64,000 nucleotides of DNA from Rhizophagus irregularis (Eukaryota): positions 3,658,001 to 3,722,000 of the forward strand of contig NC_089431.1 of assembly GCF_026210795.1 (NCBI RefSeq), written 5' to 3'. The position numbers and the translations under genes were made by a program. Position 1 is the stretch's first letter; each line of letters starts with the position of its first letter. Below are positions 13,871 to 25,243 of the stretch, in pieces. The notes beneath the pieces are model-generated. The model did not search any database. It was not told the DNA's origin and was given only the letters and a program-made list of their open reading frames with translations.

Positions 13871-15881
13871 TTTTTTTTTTTTTTTTTTTTTTTTTGGTAA
13901 CCGTATAAGTCATTTTATTAGTAAATATAACGCATCATAATACATAATAATTATAACATTAATACATTGAAATTCAAAGTTTTTCAACGATGAACCCCTC
14001 CATACCAAAGCCATGGGTTATCTAACCATGGCGCGGATAAACGTAACCAAAGATTTACTAAACTACTAATACTAAAAAAAAAAATTTAACTATGTATTGA
14101 CTAAAATTTTCTATCTATTTGTTAGAGCTATTGTTAAAATCTAAACGACTAAGTACATTGATGTGTCGTCTACTAACAACGGCAAATTTATACATTTGAC
14201 TAAATTGGTATGATGCTAAGCTAATCTAATCTAAAAACTCTGGAACTACTAAACTAATACGTTACCTTTTCTTTATAATTTTTTGCTATTTTTGTTGTAT
14301 TTAAATCTTTTAATATGTTTTTACTATTTTCTATATTTTTATTTGAAAAATTTGTTTGGGTTATGAAACTTCCTTCGTGGCTACCATTGATCATGTCTTC
14401 GTGATGGTGCGGAATGTCTATATGAAAAATCTTGTTGTTCCCACTCCCTACGAAAACCATTTGTCTTGGGACATAGCTCTTGTAAGAATATCATCTGTTA
14501 CCTTCTTGTAATTCGCCATTATCGTCGATGTAGTCGTTTTCTTTCTTGATCCATAATCCCCTTCCGATATCATATATCTTTATGGATTTATTAATTGCCG
14601 ACATCAAATCTGATTGTTTATTGAAATACAAAATAATAAATCTTTTCCCTTTGACTCTGATAATTTTTCCAAAGAAAGCGTGAAACGCTTTCACCATTTC
14701 TTTTATAACCAAAATATCATCGTCCTGTATATCAACTTCCAATCTTTTAAGCGCTTGCCAATGAAACTTCTCTTTAAATTTACTGTATGGTAAATGCGAA
14801 TCGGCCATTCTAATGAAGTAAGTTCTGTCATTATTTCTTGTTAATGACACGTTAACGCCGCCCTCTGAGTATATCTTTTCGTAAGCCTTGCTGAAGCGCA
14901 GCGTCGTTTTAACGGTCTTATACTTATGACATCATTTAAAATTAATGAATTCAACTACTCCCACGTTTGCATTTAGTAATCCTAAAATTTCCTCATCACT
15001 CCAATACGCAGGTATGTCGTAAAAAGTAATGTCACGTGACTTGTCGGCAAAATGTTTATCCAAATAATCTTTATCTTTATCTCCTTTATCGATCACTAAA
15101 TCGGTGATCATTCCATTTTTAGCAACTGCTCGCGCCCTTTTTCTCTTTTTGTTGGGGCGTTTTTTCTTTTTCTGCGTCTTGTTATCTATTTCCATATTCG
15201 TCACTTGACTCGTTGGCTGTTCCTCTTTTTTTTCTAGCGCTTTAATTTTTTCCCATAAACTATTGTTCGTCTCATTTTTCTCTAATATTATTCGTTCTTT
15301 TGCTATGACATCCGCTTCTAAATTTCTAATTTTATTTTCTAGTTCTCGTATGACTAATCCGTTTATCAAAGCACTATCCGCACTATTTTCCACTTTTTTT
15401 CCCAAATCGTCAAATTTTTTTTTTAATTCTGCATACTGTGTTTCTATTCGTTGAAGTGATACCGCCGCAGTATATTCACGGCGAAGTAGAAATTCTATAA
15501 CATTATCAAACTGGACTCCTGCAAATTTTGTTAGGAATAAAGATAAAAAATAATACACCGCTGGTACTTTCGTCTCCGGTTTGTTGAGGCGTATAGGTAT
15601 CTTTCCCAGTTTTGAAACAGAAGTACTTTTTATTATCATTTTTTCCAAGTCTATATATTCTTCAATTTTTTTACACTTCACTATTTCTACCAAAAATCTA
15701 TCATAAATGTCATGAAACGGGTTGAAAAAAGCTTTCATACATGTCTTCTTGTTATTGATAACCCACGTCGAGACCTCTTCTTCGTTTTCTATTAATGTTG
15801 TATCCATATTATCCATGTAACTATAATGTATTTTTGTTAATAAAAATTGGTTTAAGAGATTGTCGGAAAGAGTTTTCAATC
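13871..15881 (-). mobile_element. Retroposon 1: ORF1-only non-autonomous non-LTR element (~2.0 kb)
   Basis: Poly(T) 13869-13895 on +; AATAAA 18 nt before poly(A); TSD atagttcgatcatt at 13857-13870 and 15882-15895; empty site in the neighbouring array unit at 13334-13347. Confidence 0.9.
14254..15816 (-). pseudogene. Single ~520-codon coiled-coil + basic tract + tandem RRM-like (LINE ORF1p-like) ORF broken by two in-frame TGA
   Basis: ORFs 14932-15879, 14491-14850 and 14254-14460 are in one frame, separated only by TGA at 14932-14934 and 14491-14493. First ATG at 15816. Motif SRDITFYDIPAYWSDEEIL. Confidence 0.8.
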
Positions 15882-17329
15882 ATAGTTCGATCATTAAGTG
15901 ACCAATACTGGAGTTGTCTCAACTTGATTGTTTGTTTAACGTCCGAAAAGTTTGAGGGAGAAGGGCGTTTTCATTAAACAAACTAAGCGAAATAAACATA
16001 AATTTCAGAAAATTTCAGAAGATCGTAATTTAAATTTGATGTATTTCAATTCGCAACATCTTTAATTATTCAAGGTGTTAATCTACTGGCAAACAATTTA
16101 ATCATCAAATAAAGAACAAAAGGTTCTATTTGCATATATTGAAAGGCTAAAGGTTTATAAAGGAAAAAATGGTTGAAATGAAAATGACAGTAAATGATGT
16201 TTTATTTAATTAGTATTAACTTATTCAATTATTCCGTTAATTTAATTAAATTTATGTTCTTTAGATTATTTTACGAAAGAAATCGAATTAGAAATTACAC
16301 AGTGAATTTCGATATGCTAGGAACACGTGATCAAGTACAATTGTTGATTAATTTTGGCCATAACTATGATGATCTTAATTCCGGCTGAAGTTACAATAGC
16401 TGTTAGATGGAAGTACAGTCATTTGGTGACCAATACTGGGGTTGTTTCAACTTGATTGCTTGTTTAACGTCGGCGTTTTCATTATCAAATTAAGCGAAAT
16501 AAACATAAATTTCAGAAAATTTCAGAAGGTCGTAATTTAAATTTGAAGGGGCATTTAAACATATATGTTGTTATATCATGTTTATCAAAATTTAGATTTT
16601 AAAAAAAAGGGGGTTAAACAAGTGTTAAACAAACAATCAAATTGGAATGGTTTAAGATATGTGTTTCAATCCGCAACGTCTTTAAGGAATTTCGAGGTGT
16701 CAATCTACCGGTAAACAATTTTATGGCGTTAAAAATTTTTTTTTTTTTGTAAGAAAATTAAGAAAATTTTAATTTTAATTTATATAATTGTTGATCCAGT
16801 TTATTATCAGAAAGATATAACATAACATCCATCTGTATTTACTTAATCATTTATTTTCTATATTATTAATATTCATATTTGAAAATGTTTCGGTTGAACT
16901 ATCAGTTATTGGATAATCTAACAGCTATTAATTATATCAGTAACTTCAGCTGTAATTAAGATTTTTTTTATTTTATTTTTACTTTAGAAAGGCAAATGGT
17001 ATGGAAATATACAATAAATTCCGGAAGTAACTGAACATAAAGAGACGTAAAATCTATCTAAAGAAATCCAATAAAGTATATCCCATCAAGGACCCACCTT
17101 CGTTTTTTATAAAATAAAAAAAAAGCTAAACACAAACTAACAGTATTAGTATGATAGCTAAAAACACACTGGAGAATAAAAAAGTCTAATCTAAAATCCA
17201 GCCCGTATTAGTCTTTCACACATTGGTGCTACGCGCGAACGAAAAATCAGCCGGATTGATTAAGATCTATTTTTATTTTTATTTTTATTTTTATTTTTAC
17301 TTCAAGAAAGGCAAAATCTGCCGATACAA

Positions 17330-17650
17330 TGCCGGAATTAAGATCTACTAGTTATGGCCAACAATTGTACTTGATCACGTGTTCCCAGTATACCGAAATT
17401 CACTGTGTAATTTCTAATTCGATTTCTTTCGTAAAATAATCTAAAGAAACATAAATTTAATCAAATTAACGGAATAATTAAATAATTAAATACTATTGAA
17501 TAAAACATCATTTACTTTTCACATTTTTTCCTATAAAATTAGTACAATGAGCTGATACTATATCAAATTTTTATTATATTTTCTCATTATTTAATTTGAA
17601 TTTTTGCCCTCAATAAAGAACAAAAGGTTTTATTTGCATATTGAAAAAGG
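17330..17650 (-). repeat. Inverted copy of part of the tandem-array unit
   Basis: gccggaattaagatct...gttatggcca...ttgatcacgtgttcccag...tttctaattcgatttctttcgtaaaataatctaaag is the reverse complement of the unit at ~16250-16390. Confidence 0.8.
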
Positions 17651-19059
17651 ATAATCTCTTCATTTTATATTGAGGTTATAAAAATTCAAAATTTCGATTA
17701 GGAATATGCAGGATTGTATGGAAATCAGCATTAATTCCTATTGGTCACCGCAGTATTCCTAACCGAACTATACTAACTCAGTCATTGAATGGAGTCGAAG
17801 AAATATAATGGATTTAATTATATCGAACTTTTGTACCTAATAAACCGATGGATTCTATAAATCCGGTTTATCAAATTTCACCGTGTAATACAACTTTAAA
17901 ATAATGTTAGTAAATAATAGTATGTTATGATTTCATAAAACTAACTAATATTTAATTTTTATTTAATTTAGAAATAAAGAATATGTACCAAGGAATTTAA
18001 TGTTTATATCAACAACTTCATATATCATTATATTTTATATTTTTATATTATTTTACATCGTGTACCTTTAATTATATTTAACACAATAAATGAAAAAATA
18101 GTATAAATATCATGACTATTTTTGTTAACTAGCAAAAATCCCAGCGTAACTTACGATTAGCATGAAATATTTTTTACTTAGACACAATTGATTATTACAA
18201 GATTTCAAGTAGTAATTTTCGTGAAATTTATTTTGAATCGTAATTTACGATTAATAATTATTTGTAAGATCTTATACATTTTCTTTATATTTATAAACAT
18301 GTATGTGAACTAGATTTTAAACCGGGATCATGTTTAAATTAGTCGTGTATTTGCTATATAATTGTGAAGCTTGGCTAATCCCTATAAAAATTTTATTTCG
18401 TGTTTTTATTCCATGTTATTTCCGTAAACTGAATGTATCATATTCACGGAGTTTTTACAGAAATTACGGTAACAATATATATAAACTTTTGAAATAAAAA
18501 AATATATATATAAACGTGATACTATGTTTATACTTTAGGCACCGAAAACTATATATGGCAAACATTTAGACTTTTAGATCAATGATGTTTCATCGTTCGA
18601 GTCATACTTATTTACAAGGGGAGATAAAATTGGACGTGTTTCTAACCTGATGTCAACAGAAGCATCCATACAAACCTACGCAAACCATCTAAAGAAGCTT
18701 TCATCGAAGAGGGTAACAAAATTTTTAGTTATATTAGTTTTAGGCTCTTATTATTTTAGAGAAAATTATTAAATCCACAAAAACAGCGTATAACATAAAA
18801 AATACAAAAAATTTCTTTTTTCTGACTCTAGTGATAAATATTAGTTAGTAGTGTGGCCCTAGTCTTAGCATAGTATAGTCCTTATTAGTAGTATTAGCTT
18901 CGGTTAATACATCCATAATTGATATTGAGTTAGTAGATAGTTTTTATACTATGTATTTTTATTATGTAATTTTGCTTTTTATTTTTTGTAAAATGAAAAT
19001 TATAAATAAAAATGCGCGTTACTAACAAAAAAAAAAAAACTATATATGACGAAATATAT

Positions 19060-19195
19060 TTGGGATTTGATATATAGTTTCGGAATTCTGCCAAATCCAA
19101 AATCCCAAACCCACTATTGTCGAAATTTCAAACAGTTGACAAAATCCCGAAATCCCAAACCATTGCCGAATCTCAAATCGTTGCCAAAATTTTAT
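19060..19195. repeat. Iterated aaatccc(a/g)aa motifs, probable Mutator-like terminus remnant
   Basis: aaatcccaaac/aaatcccgaaatcccaaac repeats similar to the subterminal motifs of the element at 53533. Confidence 0.4.
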
Positions 19196-20049
19196 TTTTA
19201 TTTTTTTTATTCCTAATTTTATTTTTCGATAAGAAAATTGCCTTTTTTGAATTCGTGTAACGTCATATGCCAATAGTAATTTAGTCAGCAGTTTATCTCG
19301 ATTCTTTCTGATCATTTAATTCTGGCGTGACCAATAGTGCAATAGCGGTTTGAGGATTGCGTCAACAATTATATGCCTAGACGCTAAGTTAAGTTTAGAG
19401 TTTATTAATTTGCATTTTTTATTCTTTAAATTAATTTTTTGAATTTCTGAGTTGAATTCTTGCTTTTTAACAAATATCAAAATAATTATACTAAGCTTAT
19501 TGACCCAGCTAAGTAGCAAAAGTTTGCTGTGTACTTCACATACTGTATTTCAAAAGTTTATATTGCAGTTACAAATCGATCAATTTAATATATAACAGTA
19601 TTTGATGTAACTATCTTAAAATACTATTTTTAATCAATAAACTTCACCGCTTAAAGCAATAAAAAAAAATGTGGTGGCTCGACTTTCATATTGGTTGGAC
19701 AGTATAAAATAAAATTTTTCGTTTTTGTATCCTGGAAATTCTGAATTTAATTTTATTTATAATTTTTTAAAAGAATTTAAGAAAGTAATAATTAAAAATG
19801 ACATCATTATAATAATTATAGTAAATCACTATTCAGTGATTAAATCACGCATTATCTATCGATGATTATTAGTTAACTTTTAAGTTCCCATAAAGTTAAT
19901 CCATTTATGATTCAATTCAAAGTGATAAATGATAACAAATAATTTATTAATATTCAATAACATGTAATGTATAATAATATATAATCCGACTATATAAAGT
20001 ACTATGTAATAAATAAATATTCTAAAAAAAAAGAGATGTTTTTATATAT

Positions 20050-20880
20050 TATAATTCAAAGAGCGTTGATATCAAGATCAAATTCCTTGGTGACGTATCC
20101 TATATTGATAAATTTTTTTTAACCCAAAATTATTTATATATAGTGTTTACCTTTATTATGGCGTTGATCAGAACTAATATTAATATCCAATTCAATTTCT
20201 TTTGTAAAAAAAACATAAAGATCAATTAAAATTATGACGAATATGTACATTGTTAAAATGTAATATTATTTATCGTTATTTTCATTTTCAAGAGATTTCT
20301 TTTTTTAATATTTTGGTCTTAATAGTAATTTTTTTTTAAAAAAAAATAATAAAAATCTCGTTTTTGATGTATAAATTTATAATTATCTTTTTTTTTTGAT
20401 TTATATTATGTATTTAAAAGAATATGACTAAACTTATTCTAAGGATAAGTATTAAAGTACAATAGGCTATTTTTAATTCTGCTCACATTTTTTTGAATTA
20501 AAAGATAAAATGATTTACTAACTCTTAAAGATTAAATTCGCTGGGAGTAACCAAGGTTTTAATGACAATTGAAAAATCATATCCTCCAAAAATGTCTTTT
20601 TTATAGATACCTAAAAATTATACTTAAAAAATTTAATAAATTAAAAATTTATTTCATTATTAAAATTTCTTACTTGAAATATTTCCGGTTAAATATTTAA
20701 TTTATTGTGGTAATATTTCCATCATCTAAATTTTAAGCTAATTTTTATGATAATTTTGATGAAAATTTATTAATGGTTTATATTTTATTTTTCAAAAGAA
20801 TTTATTTTGTGCAACGCGTCAATTTTACAATACTAACGAATCATCTAACCATTTTTATAGAAAGTTGTACTATTCATGGA
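20050..20880 (-). pseudogene. Heavily decayed BTB gene relic with downstream YVTKEFDLDIN-type micro-exon
   Basis: The minus strand gives PEIFQ before a GT donor (~20670) and KTLVTPSEFNL*ELVNH (~20510-20560). 19800-20200 resembles 46090-46440. Confidence 0.5.
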
Positions 20881-21819
20881 TGAAAACATTTATCCTAGAG
20901 AAATTTATTTGATTGTTTTTCATAACCTAAAATAATTCTTGCCTACATAACAAATTTACTACCAAATGATGGACCACAATGAAGGTCACACATTATTTAG
21001 AAAATGACGCAAGACGTCATGAATTACTTTATTCATGCAACATGACAAAAAAATGTTTAGTTATATTGATTTTAGTATACGAAAAATTTTGCAGTGCTTG
21101 TACAGTACATCCTAGGGATTTACTATACAAATTTCAAAAAGAATTTGCTTTCACTTATGTTTCATCCTTATCAGTACTAAATAATCACATTAATTCAGGC
21201 TTTCTCTCACCAATTACAGTATGTGACCAACAGACCAGACGGTTAGATATAATAGATAATGAAAACATTTTTTTTTCTTTTAACGTAAAAAAATATTCGA
21301 GATCCACAAAATGAAAAAATTAATATGTTATTATACTTCTAAATAAAGGAGTTTTTTAAGGAGCAGCTTTAACTACCTAATGACGAAATTGAATTTTGTT
21401 ATAATGAAACATTTTTCTCCCAGTGAAGAATGAGAGTTACTAGCTAATTGATTTTTGATTTTTGATTTTTGATTACTATTTTATTTTGGTTAAGAATTCT
21501 TTATTTATTTATTTATTTATTTTTTTAAAAAAAAGATTTATATAGTAAGAATAAAAAAAATAATTTTTATAACAAAAATGTTTAATTGATAATAAAGACT
21601 AAAATAAATGATAAAAAATAAATGTATAATTAATTGAGTGATAATAAAATGAAAAAAAATTACATAATTGATAACTAATAATAAAAATTAAAAAAAAGAT
21701 TAATTAGATTGATTGTAATTCATATGGTTTATACGAACATTTCTTTTAACATTTTCCTTATTTCGTGGCTAAATATTTATCGGAGAAGATGAGGAATATA
21801 TCATATTAAAAAAAAAATT

Positions 21820-22225
21820 TGTCAAATAAAATATTAACAAATTCATATTTTTTGAATATCTTACTTGTCGTGTTTTGGTCGTATGCGACATTTTTCGTTT
21901 AAACCTTTTTCTTTTTTCCTACGGATCGTTATCTTTATCATGATTTCTAGGTGTTGTGTGTTAGTAGTTAAATCCATTTTTTTTCCTATGTACCTTTCTT
22001 CGATTTCTTGCCTCAATATCTTCTAGTAATTTGTCTATTTGAAATTTTGCTTCATCAATCCTCTTCCCAGAAGAACTATTTCCAACTCTATCCTTAATTA
22101 TATTAATTTCAATTTGTACTGGATTTGTATTTTTAATATATGTGTACCAATCCTTTCAGCAATGGTTACGTCCTTTACGATCAATTAATTTACCAACATA
22201 AATATTTTAAGCAAGACGTTCGATA
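21820..22225 (-). pseudogene. Possible decayed KH-domain gene fragment
   Basis: The minus strand reads YVGKLIDRKGRN then, after a frameshift, IAERIGTHIKNTNPVQIEI...IDEAKFQIDKLL, resembling a type I KH pattern with a mutated GxxG loop. Confidence 0.35.
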
Positions 22226-23539
22226 AATCAGCTGATGATCACAAAGTCACGAATAAATTCGTTAAGAACTTTCATTTATAGATTCTTGCCGAAAATTTAA
22301 AATACAGAAATTAAATAAAATACTCTGTTTGTATAAATTTCACAAAAAAAATACTTTATCGATTATTTAGTCTCAAAATTACTATTTTATTATCATTTGT
22401 GATTACTTTTATACTGTACAAATTACTGATAATATTCTTTATGATTGTTTAAAGATTCAATAAATTAATACAAGTATATAACTAAACAAGTTGCGTCATT
22501 ATTAGGTGAAAAATATATAAAAAGGAAATTATTTATGAATGAACTCAGTTATAATATAATAGTCAATATATCAATTATGTTTTACGAAAGAAAAAAACCA
22601 ATAATTATTGTTGATATACAGTATATACAGTATATAAAATTAATAAATTAAAATTTCCATTCACTTTAACAATAACATTACATTTTATTGATTTGCTAAT
22701 TTCCTTTAGTGCTTCCAAAATAATATAGTATTTAAACTCAAATCTTCATTTGATTAATCACACAAATATGTTTTCAGAGTATAGTAACTTAATAATGCCA
22801 TAAATTTTATGCTTTAATTAGTTAGCAGGTAATAATTATTATTCTTAATGTACTACTATCTAATAGACAAATTAGTAAGAAAAGAAATTATTTCTAAAAT
22901 ATTAAAAAAATTATAATTTCTCAATTCATAACAATTTAGTTACACTTTGTTACCAAACGTTAATATAAATGAACAAGGTTTTTCATTCATACTTCTTACA
23001 TAGCATGCGAAAATTAATATAAAGGGTTAAAATATTTCCTAAGAAAAGCAAAAAAACATAACGGCAAAAACATAAAAAAGGTACATGAATGAGTAAATAT
23101 GCTTATTTTTTTTCCAAAAACAAATTAAATTGAAACTTTATTACTTGCGCCATGCTTTGACAATTCGACATATAGTAAAAGATGATGACAACGCAACAAT
23201 CGAGCAATAGTAATCATAATTATCACGTTCAAATTCAAGAATTCTAAAGAGGAAATACACAAGGAATATTAGAAGGTTTAATGTTAAATTTGAAAATGTG
23301 ACTACTAAGTCAAAAAAAATATAAATGATGTAATTTATTATTTTATTATGATTTTATAATATACAGTACATATAGTAATTCATCCTATTTATTTTTGGTT
23401 TAATTTATAAAAAACTTTATTAATCATAATAAATATATTCCAATAAAATACACATACTGTAATAATGATAAATAAAATAAATAGTAAATAATAGATACAA
23501 ATAAAGACATTTATATTCTGAATATTTGTAAATTTTCTT

Positions 23540-25206
23540 CCTTAGTTCTCTTTATCTACATGAACGAATTAAAGTAAATTGTTAATATTATTAGTAAAAT
23601 TAACCATACAGAAAGCAAATTGATATACTAAACGAGTACCTAGATTGAGATTAGTGAAATCTATTGCTTCTATGGATTCTAGAAAATAAAAAACAATTGT
23701 ATATTAAAAGTATTTCATTACCTGAATATTCTACATCAGCTTTGTTATCAATAGCATTTTTTGGTTCTGGAAGATTTTTAAAGTCTAAAAGTCTACTCGT
23801 GTAAATTGCTTGAGGATTTGTAGTATATGAAAGAGTAGTACCGTTATATGGTAATGAAGTAGAAGTAAACTTTTTATTAATTCTTTTTGCTTCTTTGACT
23901 TGCTTATTGATTTCACTATCATCACTATTATCATCATCATCACTATCATCATCATCATCGCTATCATCACTATCATCTAATTCATCATCTAAATTATCTA
24001 CTAACTTATATAACTCTTGTGCTTTAGGTCGTTTTAAAGGATCAGCATCCCAACATTGTTTAATTATGTCCAAAATTAGTTGTGGAATTTTATAATTAGA
24101 TTTTGGCCTAAGCCCTTGACAAATGCTAATAGCTAAGATTTTATCATGAGCAATATCATGATAAGGAGGAAGCCCTGTACAGACTTCATATGCAATAATT
24201 CCAAATGCATAAATATCACTTTCTTGAGTATATTCTCTTCCTCTTAAAACTTCAGGTGCTACATAAGGTAATACTCCGTATACTTTATTTTCATATTCAT
24301 TTTGAGAAGATTTTACATTTGCTGGTTGGCATAATCCTAAATCAGTAATAATAGTATAATTACCATCTTTTAACATATTACCACAATGAACATCATGATG
24401 AATTAATCCTTTTTCATGAATAGAATTGAGGCCATCTGCAATATTTTTTAAATCATTCAACTTATCTTTGAATTAAATGTATTATTTAAATATTGTCTTA
24501 AACTACCATCTTTTACATATTCTATTACCATCATGAAATTATTAGATTCTGGATCTTTGGTAATGCCAAAACATTCAGCTACACAGTGTGAAACAATCTT
24601 ATTATATGATTCAATCTACATAATAATAATAAATAATAGTAAGTTTAACATTTATAATGGAATAGTAGTTTACAAATAAGTAACCTACTTCTTTTAAAAA
24701 TTCGGATGTAATATCCTGAGAATTATGTAAGCATTTAAAACAACTTGAAAATTTTCACTATCCTCAATCCAATATTTGTTTCTATTCCATTGATTATTTA
24801 CAGAATCCCATTTATTTATACATCCATCCTTCCAAATTGCTTTATAAATAGTTCCAAATCCTCCTTTAGCCAAATATTCAACATTTTCAAATCTATCATA
24901 TTCAATCCACTCTAAAATTTCACTAGATATTTTAGCTTTAAGTTGTGATTTTTGAATAAATTTATCAACTTTATCATTTCCACTAGTCCAATTTTTGAAA
25001 TTTTGTTGAAATTTACATTGAAACCAATAATTGGTAATTTGAGGCTGCTTACATTCTTTGCATAAACCATTCTGTTTATAACATTCTTTTAATTCATTAT
25101 CTAATATTAGCTTATCAATTAACAATATTTGTTCATCTGTTAATCTCCAATAGTTAAAATCTTTTATTTGCTCAATTACATCATCACTGAGCTTAAATTC
25201 TTCCAT
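23540..25206 (-). pseudogene. TKL-type protein kinase gene with two frameshifts and an Asp-rich microsatellite insert
   Basis: WTSGN, EWIEYDRF, LAKGGFGTIYKAIW; frameshift at VVL-KCLHNS (~24735); second shift near 24465; HHDVHCGN, DLG, YVAPE; poly-D at ~23917-23990. Confidence 0.85.
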
Positions 25207-25243
25207 ATTAGATTACTGGTCAATTTATGTAGAAGAGGATTAG

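Larger units (their letters stand above)
11540..16800. repeat. Tandem array of about 5 units (~910, ~906, ~523, ~528 bp and a partial unit) containing a MITE; interrupted by retroposon 1
   Basis: Anchor tcaacttgatt...tgtttaacgt(c/t)cgaaaagtttga recurs at ~11552, 12465, 13371, 15919 and, partly deleted, 16447. Confidence 0.85.

Noticed and set aside
15795..16388. Short ORFs in the tandem array (also 11524-11745)
   Set aside because: Not conserved in frame between units and no protein features.
20979..21314. 111-aa ORF
   Set aside because: No motif or paralogue in the window; could be a chance ORF or TE debris.
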